Notes: generated from the sequence alone by a model not told the origin. A stretch of DNA of 64,000 bases from an uncultured delta proteobacterium (GCA_963842085.1 CAWJET010000001.1:512001-576000); one strand, 5' to 3'. Shown: positions 21,381-35,942, numbered from the stretch's first letter. Made by a program: numbers and translations.

Positions 21381-22394
21381 TTAAGAGAGGATCTGGTCCA
21401 TCTGAGTTGAACCTTTGGCTGCGAACGAATGATGCAGCCGGCGTCTGGCTTCGATGGTTTTCAGTTTGGCATTTTTCCTCCGTGACAGAATCGCGGGACC
21501 TCGGCCGAAGTAGACGTCGGCCGGGGTCAGGTTGTTGAGACTTTCGTGGTAGCGGCGCGAGTTGTAGTAGTCGACGAACTCGGCCAGGCGCGCTTCGAGC
21601 TGACCGGGCAGGTAGTAGTTCTCGAGCAGGATCTGGTTCTTCATCGAACGATGGTAACGTTCGATCTTACCCTGGGTCATCGGGTGATAGGGCTTGCCGC
21701 GGGTATGCATCATGCCATGCTCCGCGAGCCAGGAGCCAAGCTGGGCCGACACGTACGACGGTCCGTTGTCGCTCAGCAGGCGCGGCCGGTGCCGGACGCG
21801 GACGCGCTCCAACCCGGAGTTGCGCAGCGCCATCGCGAGGGTGTCGGAGACATCGGTGGCAGTCATGGTGGTACACAGCTTCCAGGCCAGGATATAGCGC
21901 GAGAAGTCATCAAGGACAGTCGACAGATAGAACCAGCCCCAGCCGATCACCCGCAGGTAGGTAAAGTCGGTCTGCCAGAGTTGATTGGGTGCGGTGGTTG
22001 GATGGGCGAAGCTGTCGGCTGCCTTCATCAAGATGAAGGCCGGGCTGGTGATCAGGTCGTGCGCCTTCAGCAGCCGATAAACTGAGGCTTCCGAGACGAA
22101 GTACTGCTGCTGGTCGACGAACGAGACCGCCAACTCCCGCGGCGATAGCTGCGGTTCTTTGAGCGCAAGCTCGAGCACGGCCTGAGTAACTGCAGCTGGG
22201 AGCTTGTTCCACACCCGCCGCGGCGCCGGCGTGCGATCCTCCAGCCCTTCATCATCGCGAGTTCGATAGCGATCGTACCAGCAATAGAAGGTGGACCGTG
22301 GGATGCCGATCTGCTCCAGGGTGCGCCGCACCGGCAGCGACGACTGCTCGACCAGCCGGATGATCTCCAGCTTCTCGGCGGCCGCGTACCTCAT
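21381..22394 (-). CDS. IS3 transposase OrfB (DDE/rve)
   Basis: WQTDFTY, LDDFSRY, SDNG, QGKIERYHRSMK. Confidence 0.92.
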   Translation of the reverse strand: MRYAAAEKLEIIRLVEQSSLPVRRTLEQIGIPRSTFYCWYDRYRTRDDEGLEDRTPAPRRVWNKLPAAVTQAVLELALKEPQLSPRELAVSFVDQQQYFVSEASVYRLLKAHDLITSPAFILMKAADSFAHPTTAPNQLWQTDFTYLRVIGWGWFYLSTVLDDFSRYILAWKLCTTMTATDVSDTLAMALRNSGLERVRVRHRPRLLSDNGPSYVSAQLGSWLAEHGMMHTRGKPYHPMTQGKIERYHRSMKNQILLENYYLPGQLEARLAEFVDYYNSRRYHESLNNLTPADVYFGRGPAILSRRKNAKLKTIEARRRLHHSFAAKGSTQMDQILS

Positions 22395-22765
22395 ATATCG
22401 GACTCCCCATCCGCCAGCACGCTTTTTTTGAGCAGGCGGTTCTCCATCATCAGTTCGGCCAGCAGTTCCTTGAGCTGATGGCTCTCCGCCCGCAGCTCCT
22501 TGACTTCATCGCTGGTCGCTTCACGCGCGGTATCGCCGGCCAGCCGCCTCTTGCCCGCCTCCAGGAAGTCCTTGGACCAGCGATAGTAGAGGTTCTGGTT
22601 GATCCCTTCCTTGCGGCACAACTCGGCCACGCTATCCTCGCCGCGCAGGCCGGCGATCACGATCCGGACCTTGTCCTCAGCCGAGAAGTGCCGGCGGGTC
22701 GCCCGCCTTATGTCGCGTACCGCCTTTTCCGCCCCATCCGACTGCGCATCGATTTTCGATCTCAT
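22391..22765 (-). CDS. IS3 transposase OrfA (HTH)
   Basis: RRHFSAEDKVRIV..SVAELCRKEGI; A7G slippery motif near 22421-22428 and ATGA overlap with orfB. Confidence 0.9.
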   Translation of the reverse strand: MRSKIDAQSDGAEKAVRDIRRATRRHFSAEDKVRIVIAGLRGEDSVAELCRKEGINQNLYYRWSKDFLEAGKRRLAGDTAREATSDEVKELRAESHQLKELLAELMMENRLLKKSVLADGESDI

Positions 22766-22853
22766 CTACCGCTCCTTCCGCGGTTAAAGATGAGCCAAAA
22801 ACCCTCTCTTCCTCAATCGCCTCGAATTGTCCAACTTGTGCTGACGGGGAACA

Positions 22854-23117
22854 CTCGACCTATTCGGTGACTACAAGAGCAACGTCGCGCTCTATCCTCA
22901 ATTCCAGGCTTACTTCCGAAAGCACAAGCCGCCGCTGCTAGCGGTGTGGGGCAAGAACGACCCGTTCTTTCTCCCTGCCGGCGCCGAGGCATTCAAGCGC
23001 GACAACCCAAGCGCCGAAGTGCATCTTTATGATACGGGCCACTTCGCGCTCGAAACTCACGTGCAGCAGATCGCCGCGGTGATTCGCGACTTCCTCGGTC
23101 GTCATCCCTATGCGTGA
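22854..23117 (+). pseudogene. 3' fragment of an alpha/beta hydrolase
   Basis: [34 protein letters not shown] begins exactly at the IS3 end. Confidence 0.85.
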
Positions 23118-23139
23118 CCGCGAGTATAGGGAGGTCTCC

Positions 23140-23820
23140 ATGTCGGCAACCGAACAAACCACAACCGTGTCCCGCCCCGGCTCGATTGTTTCCGTCCAGG
23201 TCGGCCATGTCGCTCCGCTCGGTCCTAGGCGAGTGCCAAGCGCCTTCGTTAAAAGACCGATCTCTGGTCGGGTGATGGTCCAACGGCTCGGGCTGGTCGG
23301 CGACCAACAGGCAGACCTGCGAGCTCACGGCGGTCCCGACAAAGCAGTCTACTGTTACCCAATCGAGCACTACGCCAAATGGTTAGCGGAGCGCCCATCG
23401 GCTGAGGCACTACTCGTGCCGGGCGGCTTTGGCGAAAACCTGACGACCCTCGGTTTCGACGAGGATGGCGTGTGCATCGGTGACATTCTGAGCATCGGCA
23501 GTGTCACGGCACAGGTGGCCCAGCCCCGAACGCCGTGCTTCAAACTAGGGCTCCGTTTCGCAAACATGCAGATGCTCCGCGCGATGACCCGCTCGGGGCG
23601 CAGTGGTTGGTATCTCCGCGTGCTCGAGCCCGGGCTGGTCGAAGCTGGAGCGTCGATTACGACAATAGATCGTCTCAACCCATCCTGGCCGGTCGTGCGG
23701 TTAAACCGTCTGATTCGTGGGGATGCCCGGCTGGACGAAATCGCCGAACTCGCCAGTCTTCGGGGGATCGCGAATGATTTACGCATTACCGCACGCGCCG
23801 GCATCAAAGGCTCGATCTGA
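23140..23820 (+). CDS. MOSC domain protein (YiiM-like)
   Basis: GDQQAD..HGGPDKAV, FGENLT, QPRTPCFKL, SGWYLRVLEPG. Confidence 0.9.
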   Translation: MSATEQTTTVSRPGSIVSVQVGHVAPLGPRRVPSAFVKRPISGRVMVQRLGLVGDQQADLRAHGGPDKAVYCYPIEHYAKWLAERPSAEALLVPGGFGENLTTLGFDEDGVCIGDILSIGSVTAQVAQPRTPCFKLGLRFANMQMLRAMTRSGRSGWYLRVLEPGLVEAGASITTIDRLNPSWPVVRLNRLIRGDARLDEIAELASLRGIANDLRITARAGIKGSI

Positions 23821-24033
23821 AGCGGACGCGACGGCGCAACCGCAAACTAATCCAAGTGATTCAACTTTAAGATCTTCTGGATAAAGGAGGCTGCGAAGTA
23901 AACAGCGAAGTTGTGTGACGAAATTTGCAGTCATTTGCGACTCCCCCGATCTAATGCTCAGTCCACGCTTCACTTCAGCCTAGTTAGTCCGTAATCCGCG
24001 CTCGCGATTTTAAATAAAAGATTGGAAGTTTTT

Positions 24034-24722
24034 ATGCGCGCGATCGTTATAGACGGATTTGGTGGCGTCGAACATCTGGTCATCAAAGAGATTCCAGACC
24101 CCGAGCCGAAGCCCGGCTACGCGGTGACCGAGGTTAAGGCCTTCGGCATCAACCACGCCGAGATGCATATGCGCAGAGGGGAATGGGCGGAAGCTGCGCC
24201 GGTAAGCGGCATAGAATGTGTCGGTGTCGTGAAATCCTGCCCGGGAGGTGAGTTCGCGGTTGGAACGAAGGTAGCCGCATTGATGGGTGGGCTGGGGCGA
24301 ACGATCAACGGCAGCTACGCCGAGTATTACACGAGCTCCGGTGACAAACGTTGCTTCTATCGAGTCAGACCTTCCTTGAGAGGAACTTGCAGCAATACCG
24401 GAGTCTTATGCCACAGCCTGGACTTTGTTCCGTAACCTCGAACTCGCCAAGGGTCAGAAACTGGTTATCCGTGGGGCGATGTCCTCGTTCGGGCAGGCAG
24501 CTCTGAATATGTCGGTAAATGCCGGCGCAGAGGTTATCGCCACAACCCGCAAAGAAGACTCCTTGCGGAAGTTGGGAATCGCTCGGTGCAAAACACATCG
24601 AGTTCGAAGGCCCCGATCTCTCGAGCCGCATTTCCGAACGGAAACGGATCGACGCGGTTCTTGATCTCGTCGGCAACAGCACCATCCTCGACTCCCTTGC
24701 CATGCTTCGCCGAGGCGGGCGG
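24034..24722 (+). pseudogene. frameshifted, truncated zinc-binding dehydrogenase/quinone reductase
   Basis: MDR motifs (VKAFGINHAE, GIECVGVV, NGSYAEY, IRGA.SSFGQAA, DAVLDLVG) split over three frames. Confidence 0.85.
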
Positions 24723-25324
24723 CAAGATGGTGGTGCGCCTCTGAGGAGTCTGTAGAAATTCGGAGGCCATCTAGCGGAATCAGGTTCTTGGGAAACTGTT
24801 GGCGGTTATCGAAACTGCGGTGACCGGCAACAGTCCTTTCGCGAGGCTCTAACTCGAAGCGGACCGGATGCGGATGCGGTTTCTTTCGCCGCGCAATGGA
24901 TGACTGGAGCTCAAATTTCGCCTCGGCGACGGTGAAGTGAAGTCGATTTAATTCTTATCCGGCTCTTCCGGGTCTCATTCGATCTGCGTAGCCACCTTTC
25001 GCCAATGGCCCGAAGTAATCTCAAGAGTGAAACAAATCCGGAGTGTAATCAGATGGCTGCTCGTCCGCGCGGATGGCGACCCTGCGGAAATCTGAAGATG
25101 GGCATGGCGATTGCGGGAGAACGTTGACTGTGAAGGGACTCGCGAATCCGTTTTCGACTGGATCAGGCGGGTCGAACTTTGAGGGCAAAGTCCAAGCGGC
25201 GTTCGTAGGGGCGATGCTTGTGGGCGCTCCCGCCCCCTGTTGATGAAAGGGTTGAATCACGAGTTGGCTTGGTCTGATGATGGTGGGAAGTGGGTATTTT
25301 CTTCGAGCCAGGGAGCATCGTCCC

Positions 25325-25846
25325 TTGAAGGTATTGATCCTCACCGGCCCCCCGGGTGCCGGGAAAAACACTATTGCATCGGTCTACGCGAACGCGCGCG
25401 AGCGATGTGCAGTGATCGACGTGGACGTAGTCAGATGGATGGTGCTGAAGCCACACGTGGCACCATGGGGCGGCGAAGCTGGGCGAAGGCAACATCGCCT
25501 CGGCGTCCGCAACGCCTGTATGCTTGCGCGCAACTTTATCGAAGAAGGATTTGAAGTCGTAATCCTGGATGTGCTCTCGGACGAGATCGCGCGACTATAT
25601 GAAGCCGCGCTGGAACCGGTGTCCGCCAATATCGTCCTCCTGATGCCGAGCTTCGAGGAGATTCAGAAGCGAAACCGGGACCGGTTGGGAACGAGCCTGA
25701 CAGACGAGGAAATCGCTAATTGCTACGAGTCGCAAACCCAACTGCGCACTTTCGACCGGAAAATCGATAACACTGGCCTCTCGCCAGCGGAAGTCGCGCA
25801 TATGCTCGTTCAAGTCCGCGATTCGGTATCGCTGCCTCGCGGATGA
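25325..25846 (+). CDS. P-loop kinase (AAA_33-like)
   Basis: LILTGPPGAGKNT Walker A; VVILD. Confidence 0.8.
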   Translation: MKVLILTGPPGAGKNTIASVYANARERCAVIDVDVVRWMVLKPHVAPWGGEAGRRQHRLGVRNACMLARNFIEEGFEVVILDVLSDEIARLYEAALEPVSANIVLLMPSFEEIQKRNRDRLGTSLTDEEIANCYESQTQLRTFDRKIDNTGLSPAEVAHMLVQVRDSVSLPRG

Positions 25847-26365
25847 TCTCTAGCCGGTCGGATTCGCTAAGTTTAAGAATGAGCTCTCGCAATACTTCAC
25901 TCGGCATGGTGACTCCTCCGGGGCATCTTGCACCGACCGGCTGAGTATCGAGCGTACATTCGCCCATAATTTATTCGGAAAAGCAAAAGGCGATATGAAG
26001 CACAAACGTCTCGGATTCCACAGACGGATCATCCAGCGCGTGGTGGATTTTCGGCCCTTTACTCATTGCGCTGGCCCTGGCGTCGGCTCCGCTCACTAGC
26101 TAATTAGCGCAGCTTATTTGACTTTCTCTATGCAATGGAAATAGACTTCGACTCGTCGGAATCGCAAGAAATGAATCGCGTCCGACTTTGATCCAGCCCG
26201 ACAGTGGCCCTTCCACTCGCCTTCTGACCACGTTCCGCTAGACCAACGCAAATCGTAAGACGGGAAGGCTTGAGAGAGGTCCTACGGGACGAGCTCGTCT
26301 CCAGGCGCCCATGCTGGGCCGTCCGCCCCTATCTTTTGCGCGCGGCCGCGCGGCATAGCGGAACA

Positions 26366-26791
26366 ATGTCATCTACGGGGAACCTGGCCAAGGCGCAACT
26401 CATTCTTTCGAGAAAAGAACTGCTCGACTTCGCAGCCGAGGGCAGCACCGATGACTACAAAGCGATTGTGGCCGATTGGGTCCGGGTCAAACCTGCAAAC
26501 TTCCCAGGATGGGAGCCGCAAGACCCGGTTGTCGCAGTCTTTCAAATACTCAGAAGAAACGAGCGGAGCAGGGGCGGTGATTACCTTGAGTCGATCGTTT
26601 ATGAAGCCCTAGTGAAGTGCCATCGGCAGTTGAACACTCTCCGCGGTATCTATCGCGGGGAAAAGAGACACGCAAAACAAGCCGCAGACGCGGCGCGTAG
26701 TATCGGCGATCCCGAAGTTGATCCCGATCCCGCCCTTGACTTGTCGAACCTAACCGAAAGCGAGAAGGAGCACATACGCCGCTGGCCGTGA
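26366..26791 (+). CDS. hypothetical protein
   Basis: Open frame with protein-like composition. Confidence 0.45.
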   Translation: MSSTGNLAKAQLILSRKELLDFAAEGSTDDYKAIVADWVRVKPANFPGWEPQDPVVAVFQILRRNERSRGGDYLESIVYEALVKCHRQLNTLRGIYRGEKRHAKQAADAARSIGDPEVDPDPALDLSNLTESEKEHIRRWP

Positions 26792-26973
26792 GCGCCGGGC
26801 CAGAATCGCTTCGTCCTATGTCGAACGGCATCCGGTGAAAAGCGGTGTGGTTCCTCAAAACTTCATCCGCGCGAATTCGTTGGTGGTTTCGATGGGCCGG
26901 CGATAGCCTGCTTTCATGGCGAAGCCGACAAGCGGAGCGCTCCCGGTCACCCGAAGCGGCAAACCCCGAGGCG

Positions 26974-27057
26974 GCTCGATGCCTCACGTCAGGTTCGAAT
27001 TAAGGCGTTGCAGCACATACCGGAACTACTCGAGGCGCTGAAGAGCAAGGCCGACGA
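26974..27057 (+). repeat. 84-bp duplicate of 45052-45135
   Basis: 82/84 identical by eye. Confidence 0.85.
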
Positions 27058-27401
27058 CTTTATCCGCCCGCATTCGTATCTTCAGCTCGTCATACCTCCG
27101 CCAACCGGTTCAAGAAGACGGACTTGAAGCGGTACGGACTGCCAGTCTAATGCTCCCGTTTTATTGAGGTCTCCGAGAAGAATTCCAATGCTGCCGCCAT
27201 TGTATGCACCTATGGTTGAAATCATCTTGTCAGATAGGGAACATTGAAAGTCATGATCGTCGCCGCCGTGGGGATCGAACCGATCTCTTTCTCTCAGAGC
27301 GTTATCTGCTCGAGCATCGCGAACGGTGCTCAGATTCCTCATTAGATCTGGGCGGTATCGATCCAAACCGCAGCCGTTATACTTCTGCGGAGGAGGGACC
27401 G

Positions 27402-27713
27402 ATGAGTAAACTTGCTGACCATCCCGCGATCCAAGAATCCTGGTCCAACTTGCTTTGGAGCCCGGGCGACATCTCCGATCCTGATCCAATCAATCCGCTC
27501 GACAGCGTCTTGAAAAACGTGACCTTCATCAAGGGCGCTGCGGGCAAACACCATCTCCAATTGACACGCGCTCAAGACGGCGCGATCGCGGCTCTCTGGT
27601 GCTGCGACAATTCGCTGGTTCGGAACCTTGAGGAGACCTTGCTCCAGTGCCTCGGCCAGACGATTCGCGAGATCGGCGAACGTACGATCCAGGACGACTT
27701 GACCCTTCCTTAG
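27402..27713 (+). CDS. hypothetical protein
   Basis: GGAGG RBS, 103-aa ORF. Confidence 0.5.
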   Translation: MSKLADHPAIQESWSNLLWSPGDISDPDPINPLDSVLKNVTFIKGAAGKHHLQLTRAQDGAIAALWCCDNSLVRNLEETLLQCLGQTIREIGERTIQDDLTLP

Positions 27714-27729
27714 CTCGCTCATCGTCGTG

Positions 27730-28008
27730 CGAGATGAAACGCGTTTTGCTATGACTCTCTGCCGGAGAGGGGCGGATTCGAAACGGCGGTGTCGCGAGAG
27801 ACCTTTGCGTGGAAAAACCTGGGCAAGTATTGGGAAAATTTCGAGTTGAAGTCCGCTAGCATCCTACGGAGAGTAAGTTCGCCTTCAGTTCGGTACGATT
27901 TCCGCCGTCAACTTTAAATTCCGGTGTCGCGAGAATGCGGCTGGGTCGACGAATTCCGTCCGACGAACTCGAGTCTTCCAAGGCGACGCCAAAGCTCGCT
28001 CGCCCTGA
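27730..28008 (-). repeat. inverted copy of the ~250-bp att-associated repeat with tRNA-like end
   Basis: Reverse strand reads ..TTCTCGCGACACC..CGTACCGAACTGAAGGCGAAC..TCTCGCGACACCGCCGTTTCGAATCCGCCCCTCTCCGGCAGAGAGTCATAGCAAAACGCGTT. Confidence 0.85.
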
Positions 28009-28019
28009 CTTATTTCGGC

Positions 28020-28260
28020 CGAGCTCCGATCGCCGCTACGTTCCCAAAGGCGAAAGCACGGACGACGAGTTCCGCTGCGCTCGAGCACGGCGATTTGATG
28101 GCGCAGCCGCGATCGATTCCAAAAGCAGCGAAGTCCGGGTTCGGGGTTCGCTTCGCGCGACGGGGGCTCTCCGCTTATCCGCTTCGCCATGACGGCAGGC
28201 TATCGCCACGCGTTTGAAACCGCCAATGAATTCGTGCGGATAAGGTTTTGAGGAGGCAAA
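28020..28260 (-). pseudogene. 5' remnant of an rve-integrase element
   Basis: LRHQIAVLERSGTRRP resembles the N-terminus of 46303-47334. Confidence 0.5.
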
Positions 28261-28542
28261 CCTCGAATTTGAAAACGCGAGCGGCTTAATTTGGTTTTGA
28301 CGTAAACTCAAGGGAAACCGATGGCTGTCCAAACACCCGCGCCAGCGCATCTTTTAGTTCCAGTTTCTGTTCTTGGTTGATGTTGGATTCCGCGTCATGG
28401 TCAGCGTTGTATTGGGCGATGTAGACCCCGATCATTTCGGACAATACAGTTGTCAATTCTTGGGGCCATTGTTTTTGCATAAGGTTCCTTCCTCGGCCTC
28501 GGGCGCCCGATCGGGCGCGCAATCGCGTATTCGCGTGCGCAA

Positions 28543-30201
<1,659 letters not shown>

Positions 30202-30245
30202 TCAACGGAATGGATCGGTATTCGCTTGTGAGCGGGCGGCAATGT

Positions 30246-30536
30246 CTACTCGATGATTCCCAGGATGTCGTCCTCGCGCAGGATCATGTGCTCTTCGCCG
30301 TCGAGCTTCACCTCACTGCCCGAGTACTTGCCGAACAGGATCTTGTCGCCGGACCTCACCTCGAGTGGGATAAGCTTGCCATCGTCTCCGTATTTGCCCT
30401 TGCCGACGGCGATTACCTTACCCTCCTGGGGTTTTTCCTTGGCCGTGTCCGGGATAACGATCCCGCCCTTGGTGCGTTCCTCCTCCTTGATGCGTTTGAC
30501 CAGAACCCGATCTCCCAGTGGTCGAAACTTCGTCAT
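30246..30536 (-). CDS. groES: co-chaperonin GroES
   Basis: [25 protein letters not shown]. Confidence 0.97.
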   Translation of the reverse strand: MTKFRPLGDRVLVKRIKEEERTKGGIVIPDTAKEKPQEGKVIAVGKGKYGDDGKLIPLEVRSGDKILFGKYSGSEVKLDGEEHMILREDDILGIIE

Positions 30537-30588
30537 GGAACCAATTGCCTCCTTGGCTTTGCGATGTCGGTAAAAGCCGGAACCGCCT

Positions 30589-30843
30589 TCAGATTAAGTA
30601 ACTGCCCCGATGATTCTCTGAGTTTTTCAGACTTTTCCCGACGGTGTATCCAACGCCGATTCCGACAAGTCCGCCGATAACGGCTCCCGTGGCTGGCGCG
30701 CCCACAGTCGCACCTGCAATGGCTCCTGTGCCGAGTCCAACCGCACCACCGGCCCAAGCGCTCAGTGAAAACATATTTATTCCTGCTACCTCGGCCGCGA
30801 GGAGTCTATTCCGGATTGGACGAAGACTAGGTCGTTCCATCAC
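30589..30843 (-). CDS. small glycine-zipper membrane protein
   Basis: [30 protein letters not shown] repeats. Confidence 0.5.
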   Translation of the reverse strand: MMERPSLRPIRNRLLAAEVAGINMFSLSAWAGGAVGLGTGAIAGATVGAPATGAVIGGLVGIGVGYTVGKSLKNSENHRGSYLI

Positions 30844-31228
30844 GCCTCCCTCAAGCCTTACCGTTCTTACGATTTGTGTGGTCTAGCAGAACCGTGGTCA
30901 AAGGCCGCAGGAAGGGCCACTGTCGGGCTGGACGAATTCGGACTCGATTCCTATGTCGGTTCGAATTTGGTTAAACTGTAGATCAAGCCTACCAACAAAG
31001 TCAAATTAGCACTGCTACTAGCTAAGTTACGACTTCATCGATGCGAGGGCGGTGGACGGCAGTGCAATTCTGCAGTTCGTACCTATATTCCTAAAGGGCG
31101 TACAATTCGTACTCACCTTAGTTCTAGAAATACGCCTCCAACCGGTTGAGGTACCACGGCGCAAAGGCGGTGGGTGACCCCGAAACCCGAAGACAATGCC
31201 GAGCATCGTGCGCCGGCAGGGGGTTCTG

Positions 31229-31648
31229 ATGGAACTCGTGTTTGAAAACGGATGGAACGGCAACCGAGGGCTGATCGATAGGCCGGCCAGCTTTCAGCGA
31301 GATATGGAAGATGCCGCCTCTAGCCCTATGGAGCCCCGGGCGGACGTGATCGAGGACAAGGATGCGTACCATTTCTACTTCGAGATGCCGGGGCTCAAGG
31401 GTGAGTCCCTCGACGTGCAGGTGGAAAACGATCAGTTAAGTGTTGCAGCGGAGCGCAAGAGGCCCGAGTGGCCGCAGGAGACGGCGGTTCACATCGCAGA
31501 GCGCGGTTTCGGTCATATCAGACGCGCATTCAGGCTTCCGCTCAACGCGAGCCGCGACGGCATCCGCGCGTCCTACGTTGATGGTGTACTCGAATTGACG
31601 GTCGAAAAGCGCCCCGAGTCCAAGCCAGTCAAGGTCACAGTTAACTAG
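31229..31648 (+). CDS. Hsp20/alpha-crystallin small heat shock protein
   Basis: PRADVIE..EMPGL..ERGFG.IRRAFRLP..ASYVDGVLELTV. Confidence 0.92.
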   Translation: MELVFENGWNGNRGLIDRPASFQRDMEDAASSPMEPRADVIEDKDAYHFYFEMPGLKGESLDVQVENDQLSVAAERKRPEWPQETAVHIAERGFGHIRRAFRLPLNASRDGIRASYVDGVLELTVEKRPESKPVKVTVN

Positions 31649-31663
31649 GTTAGTTTCCCAAAG

Positions 31664-31706
31664 GGCGCGCCGCACGCCTCAACGCAGCGGCGCGCCGTTT
31701 CGTTTG
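31664..31706 (+). terminator. probable intrinsic terminator after hsp20
   Basis: GGCGCGCCGC..GCGGCGCGCC stem then TTTCGTTT. Confidence 0.65.
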
Positions 31707-32041
31707 GAGACCCCAACCCGTGCTGGACTGGTTCCGGACGGTAGAGCTATCAAACTCTGCCACGCTTCCGCGCTCGCAGTTGTGGGCTGGTACCTGATGA
31801 TGCCGCCCGATTACCCTGTCCCTACTGGAAATTCTATCTGAACCGGAATTCGAGTGGCTGCAAGAATTGCTATCGAATTGATGCGCTCAAATGAGACGGG
31901 CTGCAATCTGAACCACAAGTGGCTCACCCTGATCGAGATCGAAAGGCCACCGCCCCGGGATACGAACCTTGCTCTGAATCCCGCCGATCTCAGGACGTCG
32001 ATCATCGCACGCAGGCCGGGCGATGAAGAAGCCCTGCATCT

Positions 32042-32236
32042 CTAGGGGGCTTCCAAGTCAATCCGGACGCCGTCCTTGAACGACGCAATGATCCGGCCAT
32101 AAGCAGCAACGCTGACCCGCTCGACATCGGACACCTTGCTCATGTTCGCCGCGGCCTCTTCGACGTCGCGCCACTTGCGCGGCATAGCACAGAGGGTCAT
32201 CTTGCCGGCCTTGGTTCTCACATAAGCCGTGAACAT
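32042..32236 (-). CDS. small hypothetical protein
   Basis: GGAG upstream of MFTAYVRTKAG; no motif recognised. Confidence 0.35.
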   Translation of the reverse strand: MFTAYVRTKAGKMTLCAMPRKWRDVEEAAANMSKVSDVERVSVAAYGRIIASFKDGVRIDLEAP

Positions 32237-32474
32237 TTTTTGTTTGCTCCGCAATGGGCGCTCAAGATGTCAAGCACGACGAAATCAAAGGCGCCGGCGT
32301 GCTACGAATCTCGTAACTGCTACTACGGCCGCGATTATCCGCGATGCGAAGTAAAGCAAGTTTTCCTGCACTCCGAGCGGCCGTTTTCATTGGGCTTCGT
32401 TGACGCGCGAATGCGATGCCTGCTAGCCTTCAACTGTAGCGAACTGACGTATATATCACACTTCGAAGGCATTT

Positions 32475-34194
<1,720 letters not shown>

Positions 34195-34384
34195 GGTTTG
34201 ACAAGGGACAGGTGGAGGCTCCGACCATTCGGCGCACCCGTATGAATTTGCTTGGGCGCCGTAGGATCAATCTACGATTTCCTGGAAACGATCGGTAAGG
34301 TGTGGCCTTCGGCCCATCCTCCGATAAGGGATGGTTTTTCTAATAGTGTTAGGACAACCGGTGGACCGGAAATGTGAGAAACGA

Positions 34385-34645
34385 TGGCTCGTTTGCTGCC
34401 AGGTGAGCGATCCCGTTGACTGGCCTTGACCGTTGTCCAGAAACGCACCTAGCGTGACGCTGGCGCCAAGGTCGCGCTGGATATCCATGTGATAGAGAAG
34501 ACCGGTCTGGAGGCCGCCCGTATTAATCGTTGGGGGGCCTAATGCGTTCCCGGTCCAGGTTGCGCCTCCGTCCGTGCTCCTCCACATACCACCGTCATTA
34601 TCCGCGTAAACCACCGTGGGCGTACCTGGAACAAAACCCCAGGGA
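34385..34645 (-). pseudogene. internal fragment of a BNR/sialidase-like beta-propeller protein
   Basis: VVYADNDGGMWRSTDGGATW Asp-box. Confidence 0.55.
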
Positions 34646-34778
34646 TGGCCCCGTAAGAAGGCCGTCATGCTAGTCTCAAATTGCAAAACCAATGGTTTCA
34701 TCAGAAATTCACATGCTGATCGCTGCGCCGAGGGCGGTTCGAGAGGAATCTAATTAAGCAGACACTTGGAATGGAATC

Positions 34779-35264
34779 ATGCACGGGAAGGTGCCGATGA
34801 GCCACAAGAAAATCACGATGGAGGGGCGGAAAAAAATCGCCCTAGTCGCGCACGATAACAAAAAACAGGACCTGTTTGAGTGGGCAAAGTTCAACCGCGA
34901 ATTGCTGGCCCAACATGACCTCTACGCAACTGGAACAACCGGCCAAGTCCTCAAAACTAAGCTGGACTTAGATATCATCAACCTGGAAAGCGGGCCTTTG
35001 GGAGGCGACCAGCAGATTGGTTCCAGGATCGCGCAAGGCGAGATTGATTTTGTCATTTTCTTCTGGGACCCACTGGAACCTCAGCCACACGATCCGGACG
35101 TCAAGGCGTTGCTACGTATTGCAGTGGTCTGGAACATTCCGGTTGCGTGCAACCGGGCTTCGGCGGACTCTATGATCTCCTCTCCACTGATGTCGGGCAA
35201 ATACCAGCGACTCGTCCCCGATTACTCGAAATACAGGGCTCGACCGAGCAGCAGCGCGGGCTAA
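34779..35264 (+). CDS. mgsA: methylglyoxal synthase
   Basis: [38 protein letters not shown]. Confidence 0.96.
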   Translation: MHGKVPMSHKKITMEGRKKIALVAHDNKKQDLFEWAKFNRELLAQHDLYATGTTGQVLKTKLDLDIINLESGPLGGDQQIGSRIAQGEIDFVIFFWDPLEPQPHDPDVKALLRIAVVWNIPVACNRASADSMISSPLMSGKYQRLVPDYSKYRARPSSSAG

Positions 35265-35283
35265 GTCAAACGAGCCACCAGCG

Positions 35284-35538
35284 GCCTTGGACGACTTGAG
35301 TTCGTTGGACGGAAGTCTCGCAACCCAGCTGTGTTCTCGCGACACCGAAATTCAAGGCTAACGACCGAACTCGTACCGAACTGAAGGCGAACTCACTCTC
35401 TGGAGGATATTAGCTGATCTCGACAGGAAATTTCTCAAACAATCGCCGAGGTTTTCCTTCGGAAGGACTTCTCGCGACACCGAAGGTTCGAATCTCCCCC
35501 GCTCCCCCAGCCAGTCACCGCTAAACGCGTTGTCTCCG
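35284..35538 (+). repeat. long copy of the ~250-bp att-associated repeat with tRNA-like end
   Basis: TTCTCGCGACACC at 35334 and 35469; GGTTCGAATCTCCCCCGCTCCCCCAGCCAGTC..AAACGCGTTGTCTCCG. Confidence 0.85.
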
Positions 35539-35615
35539 CGTAGGGTTCCAAAAGCAGGAATTCATGCCGGCGCGAGTCTCGCCAGTCCTTGGTCGACTAA
35601 TTGACGAGCGCCTGC

Positions 35616-35942
35616 TCAGGAAGCTTTTGCCTTCCTTTCCGCCCAACGCTTTTTCATCGCTCCGGACAGCCTCTTCCTGCCTGCGGGTGTGAGTCGCCCA
35701 CGTCTCTTTGGCGCGGCAGCCTTTGCCGACAATTTTTTTGCCCGCCGCTGCGCCCAACGTCTTTTCATCGCCAGTGACAATCGGCGTCGTCCTGCCGGGG
35801 TGATGCCACCTTGTCTCTTAGGCGCAGCTTTTCGAGTGGCGCCTTTGCCACTCACACCCGCGCTTCCGATTAGGGCAGCAATTGCCCGCCCTATCTTCTC
35901 TGTTTCGCTCTTCAATTCCGCGATGATTGTATTTAGGTCCAA
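35616..35942 (-). CDS. small basic putative nucleoid-associated protein (coiled coil + two TPAGRxRLS.AMK.RWA motifs)
   Basis: TTG start with AGGAG RBS; paralogue of 41915-42151. Confidence 0.8.
   Translation of the reverse strand: MDLNTIIAELKSETEKIGRAIAALIGSAGVSGKGATRKAAPKRQGGITPAGRRRLSLAMKRRWAQRRAKKLSAKAAAPKRRGRLTPAGRKRLSGAMKKRWAERKAKAS

Larger units (their letters stand above)
21341..22853 (-). mobile_element. IS3-family insertion sequence
   Basis: Imperfect IRs TGTTCCCCGTCAGCACAAGTTGGACAA / TGTACGTCGTCAGAACCTATTGGACAA; orfA+orfB; no target duplication seen. Confidence 0.9.
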
